Below are positions 12,730-25,894 of a stretch of DNA of 64,000 nt, piece after piece; positions within the stretch are counted from its first letter, which is position 1, and every line of letters starts with the position of its first letter. The stretch lies in the NCBI GenBank assembly GCA_964106915.2, contig OZ066920.1; one strand, written 5' to 3'. Below the pieces are notes generated by a model. It worked only from the letters and a program-made list of their open reading frames with translations, was not told the origin of the DNA and did not search any database. The DNA is from Podarcis gaigeae. Taxonomy: Eukaryota. A program made the position numbers and the translations under genes.

Positions 12730-13304
12730 GTAAGTAAATCCGTCTGGTCTTCTGTGAGGAGTTTGTTGCTGGACTGTTCTTAGCAAAGTCATCTCTTGAT
12801 TCACAGTATATGTTTTGTTTGGGAGTGAGAGTTAAAGCAAAACTGCTTTTAGAATGAACCTGTAGTATTCCAGCTTTTCTGAGACATTTAGAGAATTTAA
12901 TAAATGCTCTCTTATTAATGTGGTTTTTGTGCCATTACATGAACCTTGCCGGAGCTCACCCCCTTCGTCCTTGTTTGAGATCCTTCCTCCTTTGCCAGTC
13001 ACTCTAAATTAAGAGAGCTTATGCTGGATATATGGCATGGTCACTGCAGCAGGGCCAACTTAAGTTGCCTGTTCTGTCCTTAAACAGTTGGGATGGTTTC
13101 TCTTATAAAATGCCATTAGTGATGGATTGACAAAGGGCAGTTACTCCTAGCCTCTATCATTGTCCTAGTGTAGGAAGTAACAGTTTAATAACTGAACTTT
13201 GGCATTATCTATATTAAGTCTTTAACATTTAGAGTACTCTGTAAATGTATAATTCTTAAGGATCTGTGGAAGATACTGAAACTTTCTTTTGTCATTTTAA
13301 TCAG

Positions 13305-13431
13305 TGTGGCAGACCTTAAACAAGCTATCCAAACTAAATACAAGATTGCTATTCAACATCAAGTATTGGTTGTCAATGGAGGAGAGTGTATGGCAGCTGA
13401 CAGGAAAGTCTGTAGTTATAGTGCTGGAACG
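13305..13431 (+). CDS. RB1CC1: RB1CC1 exon 4 (VADLKQAIQTKYKIAIQHQVLVVNGGECM...), ubiquitin-like domain region
   Basis: TCAG acceptor, GTAAAT donor, 127 nt, phase fits. Confidence 0.96.
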
Positions 13432-13518
13432 GTAAATATTCACTTCTCTTTCCATTATTTCATTTTTTTAAAAAAAGTCTGGAAGGAGAAGAAAGTAATA
13501 CTTATTATCTTAACACAG

Positions 13519-13689
13519 GATACAAACCCAATTTTTCTCTTCAACAAAGAAATGATCTTGTGTGAACGTCCTCCAGCTATTCCAAAAACAACATTTTCAG
13601 CAGAAAATGAGATGGAATTAAAAGTGGAAGAATCTCTTATGATGCCTGCAGTTTTTCACACGGTAGCTTCACGGACACAGCTTGCTGTG
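13519..13689 (+). CDS. RB1CC1: RB1CC1 exon 5 (DTNPIFLFNKEMIL...RTQLAV)
   Basis: ACAG acceptor, GTAAGC donor, 171 nt. Confidence 0.96.
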
Positions 13690-14501
13690 GTAAGCAATTT
13701 CAGACCCTTTAACAATTGGGCTGTGTTAAAGCATTGAGCACTCAGTAAACTCTCTCATATTGAAGCTAGCTGGACATGTTGCTGCTTTCATGGTACAAAG
13801 TTTTACTTTTGGTACTCTTCTGTTTCATTTTGTGGGGATGGAATAGTATCTTTTGGATTTTGACATACTGGATTAATCCAGGAGTCTGTAAACAAGTTTT
13901 GAAATGTCCTCTGTTTGTAGGAGGTTAGAAGTAATGATAAAGTAATGATAATGGTATGATATGACAGGGTGAACAGGTGTGGAATAAGGAAGGGATTGTG
14001 GCATGAAACAGAAATGTGTGATCCCATAGACTGTTTTAGAACTTTTAAGAATCTTGGTAAATGCCCAGAAAACATTGCATTTGCACCTACCTTTAGTTAG
14101 TACCATTTTCTCTTGAGTATTTTTCAAAATTACATTTTCTTTGAAGGGAAGACCACCAACATGTTTGCAATAAAAGTGGTATTTCTGATGCAAATGCACT
14201 TTATGCTGTTTATGGAAGTGCAAATAGATATGTGTGTTGCATGAAAACTACATGGGTTTTCATAACTTTCTGTAAAATGCTTTGAGGCTTTTTTTTAAAG
14301 TTGGCATATAAATCTTACAGAATAAATATGATTACAATTAGGTATTTTAGATGGTTTGTTAAGAACAGATTTCATTTTGCCTTGATTGGGTGGATAAATC
14401 CTTTGATACTGTGGGATCCAGTAAATTCCAAAAGTGCATCAAAAAGTGGTCAGCCAGATGTTTCAAAGAAGCTTAACAAGGAGCATGTGATGGACAATGG
14501 T

Positions 14502-14678
14502 GATTTGATAGCTCAGTTTCTGCAGAAGATTCCAGGTTGAATGTGTGGCACCTTCTGTTAAAAGATCAGCTAGCAGGAGGTTGGGAAAACTCTTTCTGAA
14601 ATCCTGGGCAGCCTCTCCCAGTCAAAGTAACTACTGGGTTAGATGGACAAATAGTCTGGTGGAGCTTCCTATGCTCCT
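14502..14678 (+). mobile_element. Degenerate tRNA-derived squamate SINE
   Basis: TAGCTCAG head; 3' end TAGATGGAC...GCTTCCTATG; similar to the copy at 52258. Confidence 0.55.
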
Positions 14679-14802
14679 TCATAGCCATATCATGTTTCTC
14701 CCTAACAGCTAGTAATCAAAGGTATACAACCTCTGAACAAAGCAATTTGTCCTGCCTGCATTTATTTAACCCTAGCATTCATGATATTCTGTGACAATGA
14801 AT

Positions 14803-15157
14803 TTCTGAAGGCGGGCGGGGGGCAAAAGTCTTTGCTCCCCCCCACCTGCCTTCAAAAGCTGTCCGGGAGCATTTTAAAATCGCCCCGGGACAGCGGAGGA
14901 ATTCTCCGCTGTCCCGGGGCGATTTAAAAGCCCCCGGGAAGGCAGGCAGGGGGGACAAAGACTTTTGCCCCCCGCCAGCCTTCAGAAGAGGTCAGGGGAC
15001 AGACTGTCCCCGGACCTGGTCTGAAGGCGGTTTCCATAGGAACGCATTAATTGATTTTTAATGCATTCCTATGGGAAACTGTGCTTCGCAAGACGAAAAA
15101 CTCGCAAGACGAAAAGACTTGCGGAACGAATTAATTTCGTCTTGCGAGGCACCACTG
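14803..15157. mobile_element. Partial non-autonomous Tc1/mariner-like element with internal palindrome
   Basis: CpG-rich patch inside an AT-rich intron, ending in the TIR ...CGAGGCACCACTG followed by TA. Left TIR is missing. Confidence 0.75.
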
Positions 15158-15944
15158 TATATCTGACTAATACATCAACTGATGAATACATCAACATTGG
15201 TGGATCACCCCTTGGACAGAAGTGAATAGATTTTTGACAGATGCCTAAATTCCAATGTAATAGGTGCCTATCTGATGTTGGCTGGAAGTGCATTCCAAGG
15301 GACAGGTGCTTACCCAGAACTAACATCATAGCAGGAGTCAAACTTAGTTTATTGACCCTTATCCAGCTCACTTCAGCACCGCCACACCTGATTCACATGG
15401 TATGGAAAAATAGTACTGGGTGTTGTTGATGTACTGATGAGGGCCAATCAGAGAGGATCTTGGGAGTTTTACACAGCCTGGAAGTAGGTAGGAAGTGCTT
15501 ATCGGCACCTAGCCAGGACCTGGGAATAAAAAAGCTGGAGCATAAGCTGGAGGAGATTTTTCTCTTGCTCTTGCTAGATGCTTTCTTGCATATTAACAAA
15601 ACATGCAGTGCCTATGTGTTGGCTGGCTTTGGAAACTGCACAGCATATCACCTTGTTAGTTAAAAAAGGCAGACGAGTGATCTGCAGGGGGTGAGGCATT
15701 TGAGCCTGTGTTGTTCTGAGCCTTCCAGGACAACTACCCTCACTCAGATTCCTTTTGTAGGGCCTTCTGCTGCACATCTTGTCTTTGCACCAGTGAATCA
15801 TTTTCCTCCTAAGGAATATCTAATAAATGTTTTTAGTGTTTCATATATCTTAACTTGAAAATGTTTTTTGCATCATGTTTTGCAACAAGTTGATATGTAT
15901 GTCTGGAGCGCTAACACGTTAATGTTTATGTTGTTTTTGTACAG

Positions 15945-16147
15945 GAAATGTATGAGATTGCCAAGAAACTTTGTTCCTTCTGTGAAGGCCTAGTCCATGA
16001 TGAACATCTTCAGCACCAAGGCTGGGCTGCCATAATGGCAAATTTGGAAGATTGCACATATTCTTACCAAAAGCTGCTTTTCAAGTTTGAAAATGCATAT
16101 TCAAGTTACCTGCAGTCCATAGATGATATTAAGCTGAAACTTACACA
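15945..16147 (+). CDS. RB1CC1: RB1CC1 exon 6 (EMYEIAKKLCSFCEGLVHDEHLQHQGWAAIMANL...)
   Basis: ACAG acceptor, GTAGGT donor, 203 nt. Confidence 0.96.
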
Positions 16148-17087
16148 GTAGGTTTGCCATTAGACTCCTCAATAAGAAGCTACCTCTGCATAGTCGCTTT
16201 ACTGAAAACTAAGGTTTTACGGCGTTTTTTTACATTTACAGTAAATTAAATTTAATCCAGTTCCAGTGTCTTTGCACTAATTGAAATAATAAATAGCGCT
16301 AATGGTATTATTTATAGAGGTTTAATTTTGGAGTTAAGGCTATAACCCCAAACTTAAATCTCACTGAATTCCTACTTTTGAGTAGATATGTACTGGGATT
16401 GCACTGTAAAAAAAATGTAAGTTTTCCTAGCCTTTTTTTCTTCAACACTCCAATGCAAGACTGTGACTGGCTCATGGACACCCAGGGAGCTTCACAGTTG
16501 AGTAGTCCAACACTCGAACCATCACACTACACTGGCTCATCTGAAACCGTTTGCTGAATAGTGTTGCACATGCATGCGTAAAAGTTTTAGCTCTAGTAAA
16601 AAATAATCCTATTCAAGAATTCAGGAATTGAATCCATGGAGTACCCCACAGGGTTGTATGTGCCAGCCCTGCCCCTTCCCTGCTGCCCTTTCTGAAAGGG
16701 GCTTGTAAGCACATTCAGCTGACCCCAGTTACAGAGGGTTCTCAGTCACATGGGAAACTGTACCCACATTCAGCTGGAGGCAGTTACAGTTCCCCGTCAG
16801 ACTTTCCTTCATAATGTTGGATGGTTGAGTGGAGAGAGCAGGGTCACTGCAACCCCTCCATGGATACAATTAATGAACATCCGAATAAGGCTCAAGTCAT
16901 AGTCCAATTCAGAATAGGTTTGAATATTTCATTTTATAAGGAAGCATTTCTTAATTGGAAAAAGTTGAAGACTTGAGTATTAAATTGTATTGAATACACC
17001 TTTGAGAGCATATTTTTAAATTATGTTTGTCACTGTACCTCAGTTTCTTTGTATTTAATAGATTTTTGTGTGTGTTCTTTTCTCAAG

Positions 17088-17523
17088 CTTAGGGGCTGCT
17101 GTTTCAATAATGGCCAAGATCCCACTCTTGGAAAGCTTAACCAGACACAGTTACCGCGAATGTTTAGAACGACTAGATTCTTCTGCTGAACGTGGTGGGA
17201 CGGAAAGTGAAGACACTGAGAATGAGAAGTCAGCTGAAGTGGCACTTTCTCCTGACATGCTTAAAATGAACAAACAATCGCTGTTAGCATCATTTTGCAA
17301 ATCTGTAGAGCACGCAATCCCAGATGGCACATCCTCCGAAAAAGTGGATGAAAACATCCAAGCCAGTCAAAATCCTTCTGTTCAGGACAGTGATGCTTCA
17401 GTGGAACTTAAGGAGACTGATCTGCCTTCTTTCAATGTCTCACTTTTAGACTGGATAAATGTTCAAGATAGACCTAATGATGTTGAATCCTTGGTCAGAA
17501 AATGTTTTGATTCCATGAGCAGA
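17088..17523 (+). CDS. RB1CC1: RB1CC1 exon 7 (LGAAVSIMAKIPLLE...KCFDSMSR)
   Basis: CAAG acceptor, GTAAGT donor, 436 nt. Confidence 0.94.
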
Positions 17524-18149
17524 GTAAGTTAACGCTTCAAATAATGCCATTGGGTTCTCTTCTAATATTTTTGCGTTCTGGCTTTCCAGCTTGCTACAAG
17601 TTTAAGCATTCTTCATAGGAATACGGTGAAATGTTCTTACCAGGAGTTATGAATCAGATTTTAATAATAGTTGTACAATCCTCTTTCTTACTCCTACATT
17701 GCATGATGATCTTGCTGTGGTTTGTGGTTGTGGTTTGAGCGAGGTTCCCACTGTTCATGAACGATATTGTTTTCACTCTAATATGGTCACTCCCTATGGG
17801 AATAGTAATGAACAAATATCCTTTCCCTTGTATCAGCAGCCAGTCATCTTCTGAGAGGCTAGGTGTGGCCACTTGCTGCTATTGTCATTAGAAAATGGAA
17901 ATGAGCCTTGGGTCCACTTCAAAATTGACTAAGTTGTCACAATATGCCCATCATGTTAACTCTGAAATATATTTTAAGACTCTTTTATGGGAAAATAGGC
18001 TCTCCTATTGTTAGCATTTCTTTTTTTAAAAAAAGTAGCATGGGGTCAGAATAGAAACTTGTGGGATACCTTAGGCATATTAAGCAAGTGTCCCCAGGAC
18101 TACCTTCTGAAACCTTCCATCTAGGAACGACTGGAGTCGCTGCAAAATG

Positions 18150-18330
18150 GTCCCATTCCATCTAGCAGTCCATAAGCACTTTGTAGGTGATGGTATCTGA
18201 AACTTCTAAGAGGTCTGCTAGAACCAACAGGGATGGTACTCTCTCTATTTAGTTCCCAGCAAAGATCATCCACCAAGGTGACCAGAGTAGTCTTCTTCCT
18301 GAAACCAGATTGAAATGGAATTGTTTCAGA
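18150..18330 (-). mobile_element. L2-clade LINE reverse-transcriptase fragment
   Basis: Minus-strand peptide PFQSGFR...TLVTLVDDL...ELNR resembles the L2/CR1 QSGFR...ETAL..L.DD motif; frameshifted. Confidence 0.7.
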
Positions 18331-18783
18331 GGGAGCCCACTTCACCTTGGACAAGTCCCAAATCTCTCATAATTTGCCCAATTCAGTTCAGATTCATCTG
18401 AACAATGCATATACCTGATGGATACATGGCACATGGGCTTGAAAGCTTTAGAGGCCTGATTTAAGAAAAAAGACCAAAAGAAGCATATTTTGGAGACTTT
18501 TTTTGTTCAAATGAAACAAGCTGCAATCCTGTGCACACTTTCTTGGGAGTAAGCTCCAGTGAGCATAGTGAGACTTGCTTCCAAGTAAACATGCATTTGG
18601 AATGTGTTGTTAATCAGAAGGTTTAAGGAACTAATTAGAGATGACATTTTCATCTGCAGTTTAAAATCTTTCAAGCTTTTGGTTTCTAAAGTTACATATG
18701 TGAAATTATCTTTCCATGATCCATTGATAGTATTTTTTGCACTAAAAGTGGTTATTCATGCCAACTGCCTTTTTGTTTTTCAG

Positions 18784-18954
18784 CTCGATCCAAGGATTAT
18801 TCAGCCCTTTTTGGCAGACTGTCGACAAACAATTGCCAAATTAGATAATCAGAACATGAAAGCCATTAAGGGACTTGAGGACAGGCTTTATGCATTGGAC
18901 CAGATGATAGCTAGCTGTAGCAGACTGGTAAATGAACAAAAAGAACTTGCTCAG
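18784..18954 (+). CDS. RB1CC1: RB1CC1 exon 8 (LDPRIIQPF...EQKELAQ)
   Basis: TTTCAG acceptor, GTAATG donor, 171 nt. Confidence 0.96.
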
Positions 18955-19303
18955 GTAATGACTCTTTCAGTTTTTATGTGAGTAGCAGGTGGATGATACT
19001 GTTTCCCAAGGCTACTGTATCCCCCCCCCCCCAATAATGTCACTATTTTTAAAGTATCACAATTTTATAATTTAGTGTTAAGCCCTAGATTAGTGCAACC
19101 CAGGCTAGGAAATGTGCTGTATTTTATCAGAACATGCATTTGAAAGATAGCCTTCTGATGGAAGACACAGCTGTCTTTTGAAAGGTGATGAAGAGGGTGG
19201 AGCAGAGCTGGCTGTGCCTTTAGGCAAACTGAGGTGGCTGCCTCAGGTGGCAGAAGCCCCCAAGGCAGAGCCCCATAGCTGCCCTGCCACATCTGTGCTG
19301 ATG

Positions 19304-19491
19304 CAGTGGTACCTCTGAATACACACATCTCGGGTTGCATATCCTTCAGGATGCGAACGTGGCAAACCCGGAAGTATTTTTCCAGATTTTGCCGCACGTG
19401 CATGTGTAGAAGCGGTCCCTCCGGTTGTGGAAACCTTAGGATCTGACCTGAGCTTTGGAACGGATCCCGTCCACAACCAGAGGTACCACTG
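19304..19491. mobile_element. Tc1/mariner-type MITE
   Basis: TIRs CAGTGGTACCTCTG / CAGAGGTACCACTG; TA on the right, TG on the left. Confidence 0.85.
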
Positions 19492-22400
19492 TATTGGCTA
19501 AAATAACATGAGATCTTGGGAGTGTGCAAGATCTCACGTGATTTCAGTGAGATCTCCCCCAAAATATGCGTCAGTGTCAGGGCTGGCAGAGAAGTGGCAG
19601 TGAGAGAAACTAGGCAGGTAAAGGTGGTACTTCTTGTTTCACCTTAAGCAGCAAAATGGGTCTCGGTTGCTCGGGTGGAGGCAGAGCAACTCCAAGCACT
19701 CATGAATGAGACAGATTTTGTAGGCCAGTTCCAGTCTTTACTCAGGCCTGCTTGGGGACCAAACCAGCTCCAGTCACATGAGAGAGAAACCGGGGAGGGG
19801 ATGGGTTACACTCTTGATTTTGTTAGATCTCTTGATGGGCTCTGATACCACTGGATCATCACTATGGCTTTAGGAGTAGGGAGTGCTGTTTGCAGAAGGT
19901 AGCATTGGGTGATGCCTTTCAGTCCCCTGGGAGTTCCATGGTGCTATTCAGTAAAAGGAGCCAGTGGAATCAAGTGCCATTAGGAAGTATTATAGCACAG
20001 CTCTATTTCTCCGTAACATCTGAATCAAGAGGTGCTGTGGAAGTCCTGAAACAGTTCCTGGATTGAGGGACAGCAAACTGAAATGAAACACCAGCAAAGA
20101 TAGAGGCCCTGTGTGTGAGTGGATACTGGATCTGAAAACTGGTCCGTTGCCTCTTCTGGTTGGGGTTGCACTTCCTCTGAATGAAGAGGTGCATAACGTG
20201 GGGGGTTGATCCGTGATCCAGCATTGCCAGTGGAAGCACAAGCATCTGGAAATGCCTTTTACCAGTTTCAGCTAATAACGCCAGCTGCAGCCATTTCTGG
20301 ACAAGGGTAGTTTGGTGACAGTGGTACACACAATAGTACTATTAGATCTATAGTCCACTTTAAATGGGGCTGTCGTTAAATTTCATCTAGAGTTGCTGCT
20401 AGTACAAAAAGACTGTTGCATGGTAGCTTTTCGAGGCAACATATAAAGCTTCTGTTGAAAGTATTGCTCTGGCTGCTGATTTGCTACTGAGCTACATTCA
20501 AGTTCTTACTACTGGTGTAAAAAGCCTATACAGTTCTGGACAAGGGTATATGAGAAGTCACCTCTTCCTCCTGTATCCTAGTCACTGAGATTTGTGGATA
20601 AAGATCTGTTGATGGTACCATGTGCCCCTGCTGTAAAGCATGCTGTGGCGCCAGTTCCCTGCATTTCTCTTTCTTGGAAGTGAAGCAGGCTCCAGCACTG
20701 TTGCCATTATTTATTTTGTTTATTTTGTGTCCTTCACCCTAATTTCCCAGGGCAGGTTACAATATTATAGCACAATTGGGATTTGAGTTTCTCACTCCCC
20801 TAACCCCCACCTCTGTTGCTCCTGCAGCAACTGCAATTAATTGCTTGCTTTAAGCTACCTGATTTTACTCTTCGATAAACATTTCTCTGTCACAGTGACC
20901 CTGAGCCACATAGGTTTATTGTGAGAGGAGGGTGTGTTGAAGCTGCTGCCTCAAAGCAGAGAGAACGATTGGCTGTGAACTGGATTGGATCCTGTTTGTG
21001 GAACTGGGATCCATTAATAATGCTGACAATATTATTTTAATTTTCCACATAGCTGTGTGAATTGTGCATGACATAGAGTGAAAACAAAAATAAATTCTTG
21101 ATTTTATAAATAAATTCATTCATTAGATTTTCATCAATATGGTCAGTAGGTGGCATTGTATAATAAGGCTACTTCTGCTCAACTCCTAAATCAAATGTAA
21201 AGCTATAGAGATGTTTGTGCTACTTACTTTCATTTGTGACTTTCATTTGGTTGTGTTTATTTCAATAATGCATATATCACATCTTTTATCCGAAAATGCC
21301 TTTCAGGTGGCATACATAAAAATTAAATGCAATATTTAAATAAACTTAAGTGAAACAAAAATATAGGAAAATTGAGAGGAATAAACTATTCAGCCAGTTA
21401 AAAGTACAGCAATTTAAAATCCCTGGGCAAATAAAAAGGTTGAAGCCTGTCGCTAGAAAGAATACAGTGTTGATTGTTTGCTTTTCTTTAAAATCTTTGT
21501 ATTATGAATATAAAAAGCTATATTTTATTCAAAATCCAGCCATTTCTATATGTAGAATACAATGCCTTTTCCCATAATTATGTAGAGACATCTGAAGTTC
21601 TGAAGAATTCAAACAATCAGCTGGTTATGTGCTAGCAATCCTGCCATTGACAGCTGTGTCCACAGTTGACACGCTCTATGTGTAGCTTTCAACAGCCACT
21701 ATTTGTGTTAATTGAAATCCCTATGTGGGACATAATTCTTGAAGACAAATATTCAGCTTCACCTCATTAATATAAAATGATTTCATATGTAGTTCCACAT
21801 GTTTACTAGCTGTCCAATGTATTTTTTCAGTGGCGACTCCCAATTGATGGTGCAATGTTTTCCTTAAACATTTCATTATTCCCCGCTTCACTACCTTTTG
21901 GCACTAAAAGAAGACAATCATATTTTCCTTAGTTTTTAATGGGCAGTCTTATTCTTGTTGCTTTTATTGTTCTGTGGTTTAAATTTTTATTGTTGGCTAC
22001 CTTGGAAGCTAACCATGGATTATTATGTTTTTTAAAAAAGCTACTTCATGTAAATAAGATGCAGAATTTTTGTAGTTTGCAATTTCATTATATAGCTGTG
22101 TCTACAATCCTGTACGTGCTTACCTGTGACTATCATTGAACTCAATGGGGCTTATTTCTGAGTAGGCATAAGATTGCCCTGTAGCAGAAGTAAAAACATA
22201 ATTGAAACTCTTTTAGTAATAATTCACTAAAATGGAGCAAGGTCCTTGAAACAGTAGGAAAAATATGTTTTAAAATTAGCAGTTTGCGTGACAGAACAGT
22301 ATGGGTTGTTAGTCTTGTTGACAGATGTTCTATTTTAATGTCATGCAGTTATATAAGTAGGTTTTAACAAATGAGGTTTTTTACTCTAGGCCAGTAATTA

Positions 22401-22600
22401 AGTTATGGTTTGCAAAAGATGTGCCCATTTTGCATGGAGTACTAAATGATCTGAATAGTGTTCTTGTCCTTGGTTTGTGTATATGAAGCTGGTACAGAAC
22501 ATTTGACAAGATAATAAATAAATATGTATTAATTTCCATTTTTATACCACCCACCATCATTTCAGTGTCACAGCTTGGGTTACAAATGAAACATCAAGCT

Positions 22601-22850
22601 CATAGAAATAGAGAATTGTAGAGTTGGAAGGGACCCAAGGGTCATCTAGTTCAACCCCCTGCAATGCAGGAATCTCAACTAAAGCATCCATGACTGATGG
22701 CCATCCAACCTCTGCTTAAAAACCTCCAAGGAAAGAGAGTCCACCACCTTCCGAGGGAATCTGTTCCACTGTCAAACAGCTTTTACCAGCAGAAAGTTTA
22801 GTCAGAATCTCCTTTCTTGTAACTTGAAGCCATTGGTTCGAGTCCTACCT
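22601..22850 (-). mobile_element. CR1 LINE 3' fragment
   Basis: CATAGAA...GAGTTGGAAGGGACCCAAGGGTCATCTAG, the reverse complement of a CR1 3' end. Confidence 0.8.
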
Positions 22851-23019
22851 TGTCTATTGAATTGTGTTTCTTTATAAAACTGCACAATGTCTTGTTTTAA
22901 ATGTGACAGCTCAAATAACTAACACTGTTTAGCTTGGTTTTGGGATATGCATGGATCTGGGCTATCAGGGAGCATTAAGATGTATTATAATTGAGTGATT
23001 ATGTGCTGTGAAGACCAGG

Positions 23020-23182
23020 CATCATCGTCATCGTCATCATCATCATCATAATTTATACCCCGCCCATCTAGCTGGGTTTCCCCAGCCACTTTGGGCGGCT
23101 TCCAACAAAATATTAAAATATAATAGTCTATTAAAGATTAAAAGCTTCCCTAAACAGGGCTGCCTTCAGATGTCTTCTAAAA
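23020..23182 (-). mobile_element. LINE (L2-like) 3' end with (CAT)n microsatellite tail at 23020-23049
   Basis: Trinucleotide tail followed by TTTATACCCCGCCC...GGGCGGCTT, typical of an L2-type 3' end in reverse. Confidence 0.65.
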
Positions 23183-23255
23183 AGGCAGTGTTTTTGTCCT
23201 GCTTTTGTTTTCATATCTTGCCACAACAATGAGTTTTAAACCTGTTTTCTTATAG

Positions 23256-23440
23256 GGATTTTTGGCTAATCAGAAGAGAGCAGAGAACTTGAAAGATCCT
23301 TCTGTATTACCTGATTTGTGCTTGAGTCATGCAAATCAATTGATGATTATGTTAACTAACCACCGGAAACTTTTAGATATTAAACAGAAATGTACTACTG
23401 CCAAACAAGAACTTGCAAATAATCTACAAGTCCGGCTGAA
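23256..23440 (+). CDS. RB1CC1: RB1CC1 exon 9 (GFLANQKRAENLKD...NNLQVRL)
   Basis: TATAG acceptor, GTAAGT donor, 185 nt. Confidence 0.96.
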
Positions 23441-24119
23441 GTAAGTGATGCTGCTTCAGTGCTATATGCTCCTCAACCATGTTTTGTTTTGTTTTGTTTC
23501 CTTTTTATTGTCACGAGCCTGTCATGCATGCAACACTTCTAAAATTATGTTTTTATGCAGGGATGGGAAACCTCCACTTCGTAATGGTCAGTAACTAAAT
23601 GGCCTGCTGTGTCAAGCATAAAGATCTGTTATCACCAATCTAAGTACTAGGTGCTAAGATTGGAGATATCTGTAAAGTTCGCTCATCTCTTTTTGGGTGG
23701 GGTGGGGGCTTGCTTTTAGTCTTGTGCAAGAAAGATATTTAGTTCATATCCGACAGTCAAACCTGAATTTAGATTTAATTTTGTTAATGTGACTTATTGG
23801 GACAGTTCTGGGATCTTGAACTTGGTACACGCATAAATCAACTGTATGAGAATCTAATGTTTTTGTATTTTTACCATGCCATTGAAGCTTGACCAATATG
23901 CCGTATAAGCAAATATAGGTAGATTTGTAGAACTGGTTTTTGGCATTCTGTATTATATTCTGGTTTTTGGCAGAAAATGAACAGAGAACTTCTCTTTTGT
24001 TTACAAATGAGCAAACTGATACAATTCTGGAAACAGAAGTTCTGGTAGAAGCATCCAGTGGAGAAATTTTATTGCTGTTAACAATTCAGTATGCTACAGT
24101 GAAACTTTGTATTCCATAG

Positions 24120-24306
24120 GTGGTGCTGCTTTGTAATGCTTCATGCTGACCAGGATGGAGAGAAACTTCAAGCGTTGCTTCGTCTTGTAACAGAGCTGCT
24201 AGAAAGAGTGAAGATTGTAGAGAAGCTTAGTAATGTCCCTCAGATGTATTGCTTGGCTGTTGTTGAAGTTGTAAGGAGAAAGATGTTTGTAAAACACTAC
24301 AGGGAG
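24120..24306 (+). CDS. RB1CC1: RB1CC1 exon 10 (WCCFVMLHADQDGEK...KHYRE)
   Basis: CATAG acceptor, GTAAGC donor, 187 nt. Confidence 0.96.
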
Positions 24307-24412
24307 GTAAGCAACTTGAGTACAAAACCTAGATCTCAGATTGAAGACTTGAGGAGGGAACATGACTGTGTGTGTATGTATGTTTAATATAAATATGTAT
24401 TTTTTCTTATAG

Positions 24413-24494
24413 TGGGCTACTGCTTTAATAAAAGATGGGAAACATCTTTATGATGCAGAAAAGGCCAAAAGGGAATCTTTTGGAAAGTTATTTA
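24413..24494 (+). CDS. RB1CC1: RB1CC1 exon 11 (WATALIKDGKHLYDAEKAKRESFGKLF)
   Basis: TATAG acceptor, GTAAGT donor, 82 nt. Confidence 0.95.
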
Positions 24495-24739
24495 GTAAGT
24501 ATTTTCTCTCTCTCTCACTCTCATTCTTAAACCTGTAATATTGATACATACACCACTTCTATCTCTGAATAATAATTAGGTCATACATTGTGGCTACCAT
24601 GTAAAGGCTTTTTAAATTGCAGCATTTTGTAACTGTTACCTTATGTTGAGCTAGTTGTGTGCAGATAAAAACTAGATCATTTTGAAAACTACCACATCCC
24701 TTCTCTTTCTTTAATTCCCTTTGCTTTATTGCCCTAGGC

Positions 24740-24870
24740 CAGGTGTGAGGAACCCGTGGGCCTCCATCTGTGGCTGAACTACAGCTTGCATCACTTTTGG
24801 TCATGCTTGCTGGGGCAGATGGAAATTGTAGTTTAGCAACATCTGGAGGGCCAAAGATTCTTCACAGCTG
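24740..24870. mobile_element. hAT-like MITE, degenerate
   Basis: CAGGTGTGAGGAA / TTCTTCACAGCTG ends; flanks CCCTAGGC / CCCTTGGA resemble an 8-bp TSD. Confidence 0.65.
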
Positions 24871-25216
24871 CCCTTGGACCTTCTCTCCCACCCCTCACCT
24901 GAATCATACAATGAAATAACCTTTTATGTAAAAGTTGAAAAGAGGAGATCTATAGGTATACAAGGGGAAAATAAAATGAAATTGCCCATGTTAAATTTGC
25001 ACAAATAACTTGCAATGTAGTTCTATATTGTTCCTCTTAATAATGTCCTGAGAAAGAACTGTTAGGAAATGCATTGGGCTCATTCCCCCCTCCAAAAAAA
25101 CCCCCTCCCCATTTTTGTTGTTGTTTGTTTTGTTGTGTGTACACATGCACATAGAGACATACACATACATATACACATATGTGAATAAATGAAGTAATAT
25201 TTATTTCTCTGAACAG

Positions 25217-25278
25217 GGAAATCTTTTCTAAGAAATCGTTTGTTCAGGGGACTTGATGCCTGGCCCCCATCCTTTTGT
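25217..25278 (+). CDS. RB1CC1: RB1CC1 exon 12 (KSFLRNRLFRGLDAWPPSFC)
   Basis: AACAG acceptor, GTGAGT donor, 62 nt. Confidence 0.95.
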
Positions 25279-25894
25279 GTGAGTATACCATGCTTTTTAT
25301 TTTTAATGAAGACTTTTGGCTTTTCTAAACACTTTGAGGAATTAGTATAATTTGAATTTAGAAGGAAATGTGTAGCTACTTTTTGTATTAACTAGCTTGT
25401 GAAGAAGGGGGTATTTAGATTCTTGGTGGCATAGAAGATTACTTGCCCTAGAATAATTGCTCTGGTAGCATAGATTAGTGATCTTTCATCCAGTGTAACC
25501 ATTTATGTGTATATTTTCATTTAAAAGTGTAGACAAATATTTCAGGCTTATAAATAGTCTCTACCCTGTCTGAGGCACAGAAGAAGCAACCAGGTTGGGA
25601 AGCTTCTCAAACCTTGAATACTATTTTCTTAGAAATATCTGGTCATTTGTTTAACAAATTTATTTGTGGGCAAGCTACTTTTGTAGATTTGTTTACAAGC
25701 CTCAGATGTTCCTACTTTCAGCTGCAGCTGTTTTAGTGATCAGGAGACATTCAAGCTCCCTGCACAGTCTTTCACCGATAAATGGAAATTAAAATATATC
25801 TCAATGGTCTTTATTTATGGGCTTAAAAAAATATCTCAGTTGTCCAATCTATTTTGCTATTTATCGTGTTCTCATTGATTTGTTTTACATACAG

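Noticed and set aside
19065-19562. 165-aa minus-strand ORF (and the 110-aa ORF at 48021-48353)
   Set aside because: Both span MITE sequence and show no transposase or other domain motifs.
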